NCBI GenBank assembly: GCA_964429945.1
Contig: CAYSDX010000002.1
Coordinates: 10,154 to 74,153 of the forward strand
Reading direction: 5' to 3'
Source: an uncultured Spirochaetia bacterium
GTDB lineage: Bacteria; Desulfobacterota_D; UBA1144; Nemesobacterales; Nemesobacteraceae
DNA: 64,000 bases
A program made the position numbers and the translations under genes. Below the pieces are notes generated by a model. The model did no database searches. It was not told the DNA's origin and was given only the letters and a program-made list of their open reading frames with translations. This document shows, piece by piece, positions 46,002 to 55,973 of the stretch. Positions within the stretch are counted from its first letter, which is position 1. Each line of letters starts with the position of its first letter.

Positions 46002-47333
46002 ATGCGGAGAATTCTGATAATAGGTCTGGGGCAGGTGGGAAATTTCCTCTCAAAGGAGCTTTGCAAGACTCAGGAAGTCGTTGTCGTCGAAAAAGACGCC
46101 GAGCTTATAGCCAAGGCCAAGGAAACCCAGGATGTCCTGGCCATCGAGGGAACAGGAGACGACCCCACCGTCCTGAAGCATGCGGAGATAGAAAAGGCCG
46201 ATGTAGTTCTTGCTGTTACCGGGAATGACAGGACGAATATCCTGGCCTCGTTTATTGCCCATGCCGCGGGAGTCGAAAAGATCGTTGCCGCGGTAAGAAA
46301 CGCCAAATATGCCGAGTATGCGGGAGTTATTGAAAACTCGAACATCTCGATAGTAAGCTCGAGCAGCATAATCTCGGAGAAGATAAGCGCGCTTATAAGC
46401 GCTCCTTTCGCAGGCAGGGTGGAATTTTTTGCGAGCGGGAAAATCGAGCTTCTCAAGCTCAGGGTGGATGAAGGGGTTCCCATAATAAACGAGAAGCTTA
46501 AGAACTTCGTGAGCAGTCCCAGGAACTGGACTTTCGTCGGACTCCAGAGAGAGCACAAAATGAGCATTCCGCGGGGAGATACGGAGCTTCGCCCGGGGGA
46601 TTTCGTTTTCGCTCTCGGAGTTCCTTCGGCACTTGAGAAGCTTAAAAAGCTGTTTAACCTGAAAATCCAGAAGGTCCATTCCGCTATCATAGTCGGTGGG
46701 GGCAGTGTAGGGTGCGAAGTAGCTTCCACGCTTCACGACAAAGGACTTTCCGTAAGACTTGTTGAAAGCGACCATGAGAAGGCCAGGGCTGCCGCCGAGC
46801 AGCTTGTCGGCGTGATGGTGTTTGAAGGCGACGGAACCGACCTTGAGGTACTGAAGGAGGCCGGGGTTGAAAAGAGCGATTACCTGCTCGCGCTTACCGG
46901 AGATGACGAGAACAACGTGCTCAGCGCACTTCTCGCGAAAAATCTCGGCATTGATCGCTGCACGGTGCTTTATTCGAATCCCGATTACGTGGAAGTGCTT
47001 GAGGCGATAGGTATCGACAGGGCAATAAGCATAAACATGGCCGTGGCAAACGGTATTCTGAACTCGCTTCATCTCGGCGGAGAAGCTAACATATCTCTTC
47101 TTTACGAGGGAGCGGGAGAAATACTTGAATTTGACGTAAGCGAACACACGAAAATTCTCGGGGTGGCGCTTGCAGACTGTAAAGTGCCCCCCGGTTCCGT
47201 AATAGGCGTATGCATAAGGGACGGGAAACCGATATTCCCCGGCGGGGACTTCGTCGCGCAGGTCGGAGACCGTCTTGTGGTGTTCGCTCTGCCAGCCGCC
47301 GTACAAAAGGTTGAAGAGATACTGGTTTCGTGA
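46002..47333 (+). CDS. trkA: Trk potassium uptake system NAD-binding protein TrkA
   Basis: Two Rossmann/RCK repeats (ILIIGLGQVGNFL and AIIVGGGSVGCEV), 443 aa. Confidence 0.9.
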   Translation: MRRILIIGLGQVGNFLSKELCKTQEVVVVEKDAELIAKAKETQDVLAIEGTGDDPTVLKHAEIEKADVVLAVTGNDRTNILASFIAHAAGVEKIVAAVRNAKYAEYAGVIENSNISIVSSSSIISEKISALISAPFAGRVEFFASGKIELLKLRVDEGVPIINEKLKNFVSSPRNWTFVGLQREHKMSIPRGDTELRPGDFVFALGVPSALEKLKKLFNLKIQKVHSAIIVGGGSVGCEVASTLHDKGLSVRLVESDHEKARAAAEQLVGVMVFEGDGTDLEVLKEAGVEKSDYLLALTGDDENNVLSALLAKNLGIDRCTVLYSNPDYVEVLEAIGIDRAISINMAVANGILNSLHLGGEANISLLYEGAGEILEFDVSEHTKILGVALADCKVPPGSVIGVCIRDGKPIFPGGDFVAQVGDRLVVFALPAAVQKVEEILVS

Positions 47334-48787
47334 ACGTTAGGTTCTGTTTTGAGATCACGGGGAAATTCGTGATGTATCTGGGTCTGCTGATGCTCGTGCC
47401 GGCCGCCTGCACGCTGTTCTACGGTGAGAACGATCTCTCTACCTTCCTGATCTCGGCGCTTGTGACGTCGCTTGCCGGCCTTGCGCTCCTAGCGGTCTTC
47501 CGTCTCCCCGAAGCTCCGACTGAAATACGAAGAAGAGAAGGTTTTCTGATTGCGGCGCTTTGCTGGGTACTTGCGAGCGTTTTCGGCGCCATTCCCTATT
47601 ATATTTACGGGGTGTTCGCCAGCCCGGTTGACGCGCTTTTTGAATCGACCGCGGGTTTTACCACCACCGGAGCCACCGCACTTGCGTCCATTGAAGGGCT
47701 TCCCAAGGGCATCCTTTTCTGGAGGAATTTCACTCAGTGGCTCGGCGGCATGGGGATAATAGTCCTGGGAATCGCGATTCTCCCCAGGCTTTTTGTCGGC
47801 GGTGCGCAGATCATGGGGCATGAGACGCCGGGACCTGCAACGGAGAAATTCGCTCCGAAAATCGCCGAGACCGCCAAAAAGCTCTGGATTGTGTACATTG
47901 GCCTAACAGCTGCGTTGGCTGTGCTTCTTGTTTTCGGCGGAATGAGTTTCTTCGAAGCTCTAACGCATTCGTTCAGCACCCTTTCAACTGGAGGTTTTTC
48001 GTGCAGGGATGCAAGCATAGGGGCTTATGACAGCGTCTACATACAGGGGCTGATCACGTTTTTCATGTTCCTCGGCGGAACGAGTTTCGTGCTTCATTTC
48101 TACTTTTTCACCGGGAAGCCCGGGAGGCTTTTCAGGAACTCAGAGTTTCGGTTCTATCTCTTTTTCGTCATTGCTGCGACGATGTTTATAACAATGGAAC
48201 TCATGCAGACCGGCGTTTACGGAACCTTCTCCGAGTCCCTGCGCTACGCGTCTTTCCAGGTGGTTTCGATTATTACCACGACCGGCTTCACCACCGCGGA
48301 TTTTGACGCGTGGCCGGCTTTTGTGAAATGGGTGATTTTCATGCTGATGTTTTTCGGAGCGTGCGCGGGATCGACTTCCGGATCGGTAAAGGCGCTGAGA
48401 ATTATGGTGCTTTTCAAAAAAGCGCACAGGGAGGTGCGAAGGCTCGTTTATCCGAGCATGGTTTCTCCCATAACCATACAGGGAAAGACCATGAACGAAA
48501 AAGCCGTCTCGAGCATAACGAGCTTCTTTATCCTTTACATTTTTCTTTGCGGCTTCATTGCCCTTATGGTCCTTATGCTTGAGGACATATCCCTGGAATC
48601 CGCCGTCTCGGCCGCGGTTGCGTCCATAACCAACGTCGGACCCGCTTTTGACGAGGTCGGTCCGACCAACCACTATTCCCACCTGAGTTCGCCAACGAAA
48701 ATCATGCTTTCACTGGCCATGGTCATAGGGAGGCTTGAACTCTACACGGTTCTGGTGCTTTTCATGCCGTCTTTCTGGAAAAGGTAG
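47330..48787 (+). CDS. trkH: Trk potassium transporter membrane subunit TrkH
   Basis: 485 aa polytopic protein with selectivity-filter-like TTTGAT, STGGFS, TTTGFT and the SITNVGP segments. It overlaps the trkA stop. Confidence 0.9.
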   Translation: MNVRFCFEITGKFVMYLGLLMLVPAACTLFYGENDLSTFLISALVTSLAGLALLAVFRLPEAPTEIRRREGFLIAALCWVLASVFGAIPYYIYGVFASPVDALFESTAGFTTTGATALASIEGLPKGILFWRNFTQWLGGMGIIVLGIAILPRLFVGGAQIMGHETPGPATEKFAPKIAETAKKLWIVYIGLTAALAVLLVFGGMSFFEALTHSFSTLSTGGFSCRDASIGAYDSVYIQGLITFFMFLGGTSFVLHFYFFTGKPGRLFRNSEFRFYLFFVIAATMFITMELMQTGVYGTFSESLRYASFQVVSIITTTGFTTADFDAWPAFVKWVIFMLMFFGACAGSTSGSVKALRIMVLFKKAHREVRRLVYPSMVSPITIQGKTMNEKAVSSITSFFILYIFLCGFIALMVLMLEDISLESAVSAAVASITNVGPAFDEVGPTNHYSHLSSPTKIMLSLAMVIGRLELYTVLVLFMPSFWKR

Positions 48788-49039
48788 AAGAGATTCCTGC
48801 TTGGCTTGGCAATTATGGTTTCTGAACTATAGATCGTATAAGGATAATGTCTTTGTTCGCTAGGAAAAATTTTCTTTCTTGTCCAGCTCTTAGTGTATTT
48901 AAACGCACAGTAAGTTCCTTTTGAAAATTGGCAAAACTGAATGTAACCTAGTAGAACTATTATATGGTAGTATTTCATTCTTTCCTTCCCTGCTTCCAGC
49001 GGGTGTTTATTTTTTTTACGATTTTGGTTTTCGGAAAAC

Positions 49040-49981
49040 ATGGAAATTATCATTGATCCCAAACAGCCTCTGGATTTCCAGACATCAGCGGGCATTGGAA
49101 ATTTTGACGGCATTCATCTCGGACACAAAAAAATAATAAACGCCGTGAAACAGCGCTCGCGGGAAAATTCCACGCGTTCTTGCGCAATAACCTTCGATCC
49201 CCATCCGCAGAAAGTCCTCGGCAGAAAGGAGGTTTCCCTTATCTTCCCGCTAGAGCGTAGATTCGAGATGCTTGAGGCCACGGGAATTGACGTGGTCGTC
49301 TGTCTTAACTTTACCCGTGAACTCTCAGAGGTAAGTGCGGAGGATTTCGTAAAGGACATCCTTCTTCATCGCCTGAGGATAAAGAACATAATTGTGGGCC
49401 CCGGATTCTCTTTCGGACACAAAAGACAAGGAAACGTCGATCTTCTCAGGTCAATGGGGGAAACACATGGATTCAACACCGTGGTCGCCGAAGCGGCACA
49501 GGTGGATGACCGGGTGGTAAGCAGCAGCGCCATAAGAGGTCTTGTAAGAGACGGAGAAATCAGCGAGGCAAACCGGTTTTTCGGTTACGATTACTACATA
49601 GAGGGTATCGTTGTGGAAGGAGAAAGAAGAGGCAGGAAACTGGGTTTTCCTACGGTTAACCTTGATACCAAATGGGAGATTCTTCCCAGACCGGGAGTCT
49701 ACGCTACCTACGCCAAACTTCCCGACGGCTTCCACGAAAGTATTACCAATATAGGGATCCGCCCGACATTCGAGGAGAGCAAGCTTACGGTCGAGACCCA
49801 TATCTTTGATTTCAATGAGAACCTTTACGGAAAGGAATTCAGAGTTAACTTTGTCAAAAGGCTGAGAGATGAGAAACGTTTTGAGAACGTGGATAAGCTT
49901 GTAGCGCAGATCAAACACGATATCGCGGCGGTACGCGAAATTCTTCGCGGCCACCCGAAGGACGAGCGGATTTGGAAATAA
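49040..49981 (+). CDS. ribF: Bifunctional riboflavin kinase / FMN adenylyltransferase RibF
   Basis: GNFDGIHLGHKKII, a FAD synthetase N-domain, and a kinase domain (GERRGRKLGFPTVN, ETHIFDF). Confidence 0.95.
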   Translation: MEIIIDPKQPLDFQTSAGIGNFDGIHLGHKKIINAVKQRSRENSTRSCAITFDPHPQKVLGRKEVSLIFPLERRFEMLEATGIDVVVCLNFTRELSEVSAEDFVKDILLHRLRIKNIIVGPGFSFGHKRQGNVDLLRSMGETHGFNTVVAEAAQVDDRVVSSSAIRGLVRDGEISEANRFFGYDYYIEGIVVEGERRGRKLGFPTVNLDTKWEILPRPGVYATYAKLPDGFHESITNIGIRPTFEESKLTVETHIFDFNENLYGKEFRVNFVKRLRDEKRFENVDKLVAQIKHDIAAVREILRGHPKDERIWK

Positions 49982-50829
49982 GAGCCACGACACGGATATA
50001 CGGCATTTTTGGCCATCCGGTATCCCAGAGCCTGTCTCCTGCCATGCATAACGCGGCGTTTAGATATCTGGGACTTGACTGCATCTATCTGGCCTTTGAC
50101 GTGGGTCCCCGAAACGTAGTCGAGGCGGTAAGTTCTATAAGAGCCCTTGGTCTCTGCGGTATTAACGTCACTATCCCGCACAAGCAATCCGTCATGGCTG
50201 GCCTGGATGAAATTGCTCCCGAGGCATCCATGGTCGGAGCTGTAAACACCATAGTTAACGAGAGCGGAAGGCTCAAGGGCTATAATACGGACATCTCCGG
50301 GGTGTTGAGGGCGCTTGAATCCGAGCTTGAATTCTTCCCGAGGGGCAAGAATGTTTTTATCGTCGGAGCGGGCGGAGCCTCAAGAGCCGTCATAGTGGCG
50401 ACGTGTACGGGCGGAGCCCGAAGCGTTACGGTTGTGAACAGAACCTATTTGAAAGCTCAGAAGCTCTCGGAGGAATTTTCTCCGCACTTTGGCGACGTCG
50501 GGTTCTCCGCGGCACCGCTTGACGATTCGGGTCGGGTTTCGGAACTGATGGAGCAGGCGGATATCGTGATTAACTGCTCGTCTGCCGGGATGGGCGATAT
50601 CGAACCGCTTTCCCTCCCTCTTGATCTGCTTGGCCGAAACTGCGTGGTCTACGACCTTGTCTATAAGCCTCCCGTTACTCCGCTTGTAAGGGACTCCAGG
50701 GCTCTCGGGTTAAGGGCGGAATCCGGACTTGGCATGCTGCTTTACCAAGGGGTTGACGCTTTTGAGATCTGGACCGGCGAAGACGCCCCGGTAGAGGTGA
50801 TGAGAGAGGCTCTCTCTGTTCCCAGGTGA
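49972..50829 (+). CDS. aroE: Shikimate dehydrogenase AroE
   Basis: YGIFGHPVSQSLSPAMHNAAF, NVTIPHK and GAGGASRAV motifs. TTG start. Confidence 0.9.
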   Translation: MEIRATTRIYGIFGHPVSQSLSPAMHNAAFRYLGLDCIYLAFDVGPRNVVEAVSSIRALGLCGINVTIPHKQSVMAGLDEIAPEASMVGAVNTIVNESGRLKGYNTDISGVLRALESELEFFPRGKNVFIVGAGGASRAVIVATCTGGARSVTVVNRTYLKAQKLSEEFSPHFGDVGFSAAPLDDSGRVSELMEQADIVINCSSAGMGDIEPLSLPLDLLGRNCVVYDLVYKPPVTPLVRDSRALGLRAESGLGMLLYQGVDAFEIWTGEDAPVEVMREALSVPR

Positions 50830-50843
50830 GAGGTCCGGTTTTT

Positions 50844-50852
50844 TGGTATAAT
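50844..50852 (+). promoter_or_regulatory. Extended -10 element (TGgTATAAT) upstream of small ORF 50891
   Basis: TGGTATAAT at 50844-50852, 38 nt before the ATG at 50891. No clear -35 element. Confidence 0.35.
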
Positions 50853-50890
50853 GAATCCAGAGTTTTTTAATCGGTCACGGGAGAGTTTTA

Positions 50891-51115
50891 ATGAAAGTAA
50901 CCAGCCCAGCCGGGGATTTTGAGATAACGGTGAAAGAATCGTCCGTGGAGGGCGACTTTATAGTCATAAGCGGGCAGATGGGGGTTTGGGATTCGCAAAT
51001 CTACATGAAGCCCTCCGATCTTCTTAGTTTTGCGGGGGTGTTGTTTAACCTTCAGGTTGTTTTATTCCTCGCGAAGCAACCGTTCAGATGTATTTTCGGC
51101 AAAAAACAGGATTAA
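50891..51115 (+). CDS. Small hypothetical protein (74 aa)
   Basis: GGGAGAG lies 5 nt upstream of the ATG, and an extended -10 lies upstream of that. C-terminal hydrophobic stretch (LLSFAGVLFNLQVVLFLA). I recognise no family. Confidence 0.45.
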   Translation: MKVTSPAGDFEITVKESSVEGDFIVISGQMGVWDSQIYMKPSDLLSFAGVLFNLQVVLFLAKQPFRCIFGKKQD

Positions 51116-51164
51116 CCTGCGCGGTTTCTTCCGAGAGAGAAAAGACTGGTGGCAGCACAACTTC

Positions 51165-52475
51165 TCATCTGTCCGAGAACGGATCGGGGATATCGGGGTG
51201 CCAGCGCGCGAAATGGTTTTTGTGCGCTTCCGTATATGCTCCGGGCGGATAGTACTTGTCGTAGAAATCCAGATCCAGATGATGGGCCTGCACCATGAAC
51301 CGGAGGAACATCGGGTCTGAAAAAGCCGGGAACCTGCCGTACGTGTCGTAAACGTAGTTGCAGATGTCCTTTACGACCTGAATTTCGTCCTTGCTGGGCC
51401 TTTCAACCTCCGCGAGCACTCCCGTCGGATCCTTGTAGGGAAGCTTGTGAGATTCCCAGTTTGTCCATTTCATGTCGTTAAACGCTTCCACGGCTTCCCC
51501 CATGTCCTTGTAGTACGGCGGGCAGAACGCCTGGAACAGGTCGTCGCGACCTACCGCCACCGGGTTGGGATTTCCCGTGTCGCCCTGTATTTTCGGAGTG
51601 GCGAACCGGAAGCCCAGTCCCCTGTGAAAAGGGGTTCCGCCGAGCATGAACATGCTTGCGAATCCGCTGAAAAGCCATCCCCCGAGACCCAGGGTCTGAA
51701 GCGTCAGGACCATGTTCTGTCCCATGAAGGCCTGCTCGGCTATGTAGCCGTTTGCGAAGCGAAGCTCCGCCTCGACAAGCGGCATCCTTTTTGACTTGTC
51801 AAGAAAGCCTTGCTCAAGCCAGTGCGCGGTTCCGGGCGGTCTGAGCCTGTGAAGCTCGTCGACGAAATTGAACCTGTGATCCGGTCTCATGTAGAAGAAG
51901 TAGAGATTGATTATGCACGCCGAGAGGTCGGTTACCGGCATGAATACCGTAGTTCCGGGCTTGTTCACGTTCCAAAGATTGTGGGCGGCGATTCCCGGAG
52001 GTTTTGACGGCAGATCCGCCCTTCCGTCCGAAAGCTTGATTCTGGATTCGCGGAACAACTCGAGTATCCGGTCCACTCTCTCGTGCCGGGTCATTTTCTC
52101 AAGACCTTCAAAATCCTCGGCGCGGCGGTCATGCATTTTTATCATGTAGAGCCCCTCGTCGTTTGTGTAGAAAAGCTCGGTTCTGTGCACGTCCCCCAGG
52201 GCTGGAATCGTCTTGCTCGTGAACTGCATCTCAAGGTCAAGACCCACGTGCGGGGGGAAATCGGAGAGATTTATGTTTTTTATACCGAGACCCGTCCACA
52301 CCAGTATGGCTTCCTCAAGTTCGGACAGCGGTACGGGATCGTGCTTGGACTTGTATTGAAGAGGTCCCCTTTCGATTTCCATTCCAAGACCGAAACGACG
52401 GGACCTTCTCTGAAAAACGGCGTCGTAGAAACCGTGGTCTATGGCGTGATCAAGACCTTCTGGGTGTTTGCTCAT
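51165..52475 (-). CDS. Nitroreductase-superfamily-like protein of unknown function (436 aa)
   Basis: N-terminal FQRRSRRF...LSELEEAILVWTGLGI and later QNMVLTLQTLGLGGW recall the nitroreductase fold. The protein is about twice the usual size. It lies 42 nt downstream of def on the same strand. Confidence 0.55.
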   Translation of the reverse strand: MSKHPEGLDHAIDHGFYDAVFQRRSRRFGLGMEIERGPLQYKSKHDPVPLSELEEAILVWTGLGIKNINLSDFPPHVGLDLEMQFTSKTIPALGDVHRTELFYTNDEGLYMIKMHDRRAEDFEGLEKMTRHERVDRILELFRESRIKLSDGRADLPSKPPGIAAHNLWNVNKPGTTVFMPVTDLSACIINLYFFYMRPDHRFNFVDELHRLRPPGTAHWLEQGFLDKSKRMPLVEAELRFANGYIAEQAFMGQNMVLTLQTLGLGGWLFSGFASMFMLGGTPFHRGLGFRFATPKIQGDTGNPNPVAVGRDDLFQAFCPPYYKDMGEAVEAFNDMKWTNWESHKLPYKDPTGVLAEVERPSKDEIQVVKDICNYVYDTYGRFPAFSDPMFLRFMVQAHHLDLDFYDKYYPPGAYTEAHKNHFARWHPDIPDPFSDR

Positions 52476-52517
52476 GAATTTCTCCTTGGTTTGGTTTCTC
52501 CGCTTGAGCGGACAATT

Positions 52518-53066
52518 TCATTCTTCCTCCTCGGAATCGGACGGGGTCATAAGTTTCATATACTCATTTTCCGTGACTATCTCCAGCGAACTCTCGACCC
52601 TGTCAATAAATACCACTCCGTTTATGTGATCGTATTCGTGCTGGAACACTCTCGCCGCAAAATCCGAGAATCCCTCTTCGACAAGATTGGCATTCCTGTC
52701 CCTGTAGACTGCCCGGATGGACTTGTGTCTAGGCACAAGCGCCCGGAGTCCCGGGATGCTGAGACACCCCTCCCAGTCTTTTTCCATCTCGTCGGACACC
52801 GAGACTATTTTCGGGTTGATTACCACCTTGGTTTCCGTTTGCGGGGCATCGGGGTAGCGCGGGCTTGCGACTCCGGCTATTATGAAGATTCGGAGGGACT
52901 CGGATACCTGGGGAGCGGCGATTCCGACACCGCTTGCTTCGGCGGCTGTGATAATCAGGTCGTCAATCAGTTCCTGAATATCCGTGTCGCTTATGTTTTC
53001 GACGTTTTCGGCTTTCTGCCTGAGCACGGGGTTTCCAAGTTCAGTGATTTCACGTTGCTGAGCCAT
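52518..53066 (-). CDS. def: Peptide deformylase
   Basis: GIAAPQV, EGCLSIPG and HEYDHINGV motifs. The likely start is ATG 53066 (MAQQREITELGNPVLR). Acidic C-terminal tail. Confidence 0.9.
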   Translation of the reverse strand: MAQQREITELGNPVLRQKAENVENISDTDIQELIDDLIITAAEASGVGIAAPQVSESLRIFIIAGVASPRYPDAPQTETKVVINPKIVSVSDEMEKDWEGCLSIPGLRALVPRHKSIRAVYRDRNANLVEEGFSDFAARVFQHEYDHINGVVFIDRVESSLEIVTENEYMKLMTPSDSEEEE

Positions 53067-53167
53067 GATCGTAACTGATTGAAAACAGCCCGCTGAAGCG
53101 GATTGCGGGCCTCTGTTTAAGGTCTTATTATTATAAAACAAAAAGCCGGGAGGTTAAAGGAGGCATC

Positions 53168-54667
53168 GTGGCCGGGATTGAGCTTATACATAGGGCAGGC
53201 AGCTTCGCGGAGAGAACCGCGGTTGAGGACTTGACGGGAAACTTCACTTACACAGATCTGCTGCGCGTCTCCCGTTTCGGGGCACTTAACCTCCTCGGCG
53301 GCGAAAGAGATCTTGAGGAGAAGAGGGTGGCCTTTATCGTTCCCCCTGGATTCGGGTACGTCGCCCTCAAGCTCGGCGTGTGGATGGCGGGGGGCGTGTC
53401 CGTTCCCCTGGGTACCGCACATTCGCCAAGAGAGATAGAATACGTCACAGGGGACTCCGGGGCCGAGACGGTGATCTTTCACCCGGATCTTGGGCATAAA
53501 CTCGAGGAGGTTTCTTTTGCCGCCGGAGTGCGGTTACTAGAACTCGAGGATGTTCTGCGGCCGGCCGACGGAGAACTTCCGCTCATACGCGAGGAAAGAA
53601 GGGCGATGATCATATACACAAGCGGTACCACCTCGAGGCCCAAGGGGGTTGTCTCAACGCATCTTAACATAAAGGCCCAGATAAACAGCATGGCGGAGGC
53701 GTGGGAGTGGGGCCCTGAGGATTCGATACTCAACGTCCTGCCCCTTCATCATCTCCACGGCATACTGAATGTTGTTCTCTGTTCCCTTTGGTCCGGTGCC
53801 AGATGCGTAATGATGAACGGGTTCAGTGCGCGGGGCGTGTGGGAGAGATTCGAGAAAAAAGACCTGACCCTTTTTATGGGGGTCCCGACGATCTATTCCA
53901 AGCTGATAGATTTCTGGGAGAGTTCAACCGCCCAGAAGAAAAAACAGATGAGCGACTGCACCCGGGAATTGCGCCTCATGGTCTGCGGTTCTGCAGCTCT
54001 TCCCGTGTCCGTTCTTGAAAAATGGAAGGAAATAAGCGGTCACGTGCTTCTTGAGAGATACGGGATGACCGAGATAGGCATGGCTCTTTCGAATCCTTAC
54101 AGGGGCGAGAGGCTGCCCGGGCGCGTGGGATTTGCAATGCCGGGAGTCGAGGTGGGTCTTTTCGACGCGCGGGACGGCCAGCTGGGGGAAGGAGGTCAAG
54201 GAGAAATCAGGGTGAGGGGAAAAAACGTGTTTCTTGAGTACTGGGGAAAGCCGCGGGAGACGGAGCGTGCCTTTTGCGATGGATGGTTCAAAACGGGAGA
54301 CATCGCGTTTTCGGAGCGAGGGGGTTCCTACAGGATACTCGGGCGGGAGTCGGTGGACATAATAAAGTCAGGCGGATACAAGATATCCGCTCTTGAGATA
54401 GAGGAAGTACTCCGGGAGCATCCGCTTGTCGAGGAATGCACCGTGGTCGGGATTGCCGATCCCAGCTGGGGAGAGAGGCTAGGGGCCGCGCTTGTGTTGA
54501 GGGAGGGCTCCTCGATAGAGCTTGAGGAACTTCGCGACTGGGCTTCCAACAAGCTTGCCCGATACAAGCTTCCGACCCGTCTTCTGCTTCTTTCCTCGCT
54601 TCCGAGAAACTCCATGGGCAAGGTTACGAAAAACGCAATTAAGCAGTCTTTTGAAAATAGTTTATAA
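53168..54667 (+). CDS. AMP-dependent acyl-CoA synthetase/ligase family protein
   Basis: AGGAGG lies before the GTG start. AMP-binding motif IIYTSGTTSRPKGV, plus YGMTE, GWFKTGD and KISALEIEE. Substrate is unknown. Confidence 0.85.
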   Translation: MAGIELIHRAGSFAERTAVEDLTGNFTYTDLLRVSRFGALNLLGGERDLEEKRVAFIVPPGFGYVALKLGVWMAGGVSVPLGTAHSPREIEYVTGDSGAETVIFHPDLGHKLEEVSFAAGVRLLELEDVLRPADGELPLIREERRAMIIYTSGTTSRPKGVVSTHLNIKAQINSMAEAWEWGPEDSILNVLPLHHLHGILNVVLCSLWSGARCVMMNGFSARGVWERFEKKDLTLFMGVPTIYSKLIDFWESSTAQKKKQMSDCTRELRLMVCGSAALPVSVLEKWKEISGHVLLERYGMTEIGMALSNPYRGERLPGRVGFAMPGVEVGLFDARDGQLGEGGQGEIRVRGKNVFLEYWGKPRETERAFCDGWFKTGDIAFSERGGSYRILGRESVDIIKSGGYKISALEIEEVLREHPLVEECTVVGIADPSWGERLGAALVLREGSSIELEELRDWASNKLARYKLPTRLLLLSSLPRNSMGKVTKNAIKQSFENSL

Positions 54668-54787
54668 TTTCTTTCTGTAATCTAGGGTCGGTCTTCTTAG
54701 GTTTTAAGGATTAATGTGTGGAGAGAGATGAGCCAGGCTGGAAGCGCCCCCACGCGCTCAAACGGCCGTATCCGTTACGGTCCTGAC

Positions 54788-55924
54788 ATGAAAGTTCTCA
54801 TAGTCGGCGGCGGTGTCGCCGGACTCACCCTTTGCGGGCTTCTCCAGCAGCGGGGGTTTCAGCCCACCTTGGTTGAGAGGGCTCCCGAGTTCGGAGACGT
54901 GGGGTACGTGATAGTGGTGTGGCCTTCCGGTAGCAGGATACTCAAGGGGCTTGGCCTCTACGAGCGGCTGCAGGAGCGGGGCTGCGCCTTTACCAGTTAC
55001 AACATTTCCAACTACAGGGGCAAGGTCATAAACAGCTATACGATTGATTCCGTGGTGGAAAAATACGGCCCAATAATAAGCATTTACCGCCCCGATCTCA
55101 TAGACATACTTAGGGGGGCGGTAAGCGAAGATTCAATCAGGATGAATACCATGGTCGTTTCCCTTGAGGATACGGAGGACGGGGTCGAGACGGTGTTCAG
55201 CGACGGGAGTACGGGAACCTACGATCTCGTTATGGGATGTGACGGGATAAGGTCCAAAGTCCGCGGGGACGTCTTCGGCGAAGTGCCGCTTCGCTACAGC
55301 GGCATGTCCGGGTGGGGCTTCTGGGTCAACCCCGATCTCTGCTCACACGAGGGGATCATCGAGTACTGGGGAAGGGGAAAGTTCCTTGGAATGTGGCCGA
55401 CGCGCGGACGCCTTGCCGTTTTCACCAGCGTGAGAAGGAAATCCGGCGTCCACGACAGCGTCGATACGAGAATAGAGAGCATCCGGCAGAGTTTCGCCGA
55501 GTTCGGAGGGGTGGTGCCGGAAATTCTGCGTGGCCTTGAAGACCCCCGCGAAGTTTACTATGATGAATACAATGACCTCAGGATGGATGGCTGGTCGCAC
55601 GGAAGGGTGGTGCTTGTAGGAGACGCGGTTCACGCCATACTGCCAAACGCCGGCGCTGGAGTGTCGATGGCGATGGAATCGGCCGCCGTTTTGGCCGAGG
55701 AGCTTTGCAGAACCGATTCCGTAAACTTTTCCCACGCCTTCCGGCAGTACGAGTCAAGAAGAAAAGCCAGGGTGAACAAGGTTCAGAACCAGTCGAGAAT
55801 CATGGGGAAATTCATATACACAGAAAGCGGCATCCTCTCGTCGGTCCGCGATTATGTCGTGAGGGCGTATTCGAGCAGGCAGCTTTTCAGATACTGGGAC
55901 AACATGCTGAAAGATCCCCTTTGA
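54788..55924 (+). CDS. FAD-dependent monooxygenase (UbiH/salicylate hydroxylase-like)
   Basis: MKVLIVGGGVAGLTL (GxGxxG), GCDGIRSKVR and VLVGDAVHAILPNAGAGVSMAME. The start is uncertain (54716, 54728 or 54788). Confidence 0.8.
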   Translation: MKVLIVGGGVAGLTLCGLLQQRGFQPTLVERAPEFGDVGYVIVVWPSGSRILKGLGLYERLQERGCAFTSYNISNYRGKVINSYTIDSVVEKYGPIISIYRPDLIDILRGAVSEDSIRMNTMVVSLEDTEDGVETVFSDGSTGTYDLVMGCDGIRSKVRGDVFGEVPLRYSGMSGWGFWVNPDLCSHEGIIEYWGRGKFLGMWPTRGRLAVFTSVRRKSGVHDSVDTRIESIRQSFAEFGGVVPEILRGLEDPREVYYDEYNDLRMDGWSHGRVVLVGDAVHAILPNAGAGVSMAMESAAVLAEELCRTDSVNFSHAFRQYESRRKARVNKVQNQSRIMGKFIYTESGILSSVRDYVVRAYSSRQLFRYWDNMLKDPL

Positions 55925-55973
55925 AGTCGATTTTCCGCGGCTAAAAAATTTTCGGTTCCGGAGAGTAAATTAA

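Noticed and set aside
46050-47306. Very long antisense ORFs opposite real genes. Examples: 418 aa opposite trkA, 300 aa opposite murF (30541-31443), 264 aa opposite ftsZ (20764-21558), 296 aa opposite trmD (1250-2140), 331 aa spanning def and the nitroreductase-like gene (52083-53078), 278 aa opposite htrA (56771-57607), and 243 aa opposite ribD (17354-18085).
   Set aside because: Each lies fully inside a confidently identified gene on the other strand and has low-complexity, Arg/Ser/Pro-rich or otherwise unrecognisable translations with no RBS context. They are shadow ORFs explained by the host's codon bias, which leaves few stop-complement codons.
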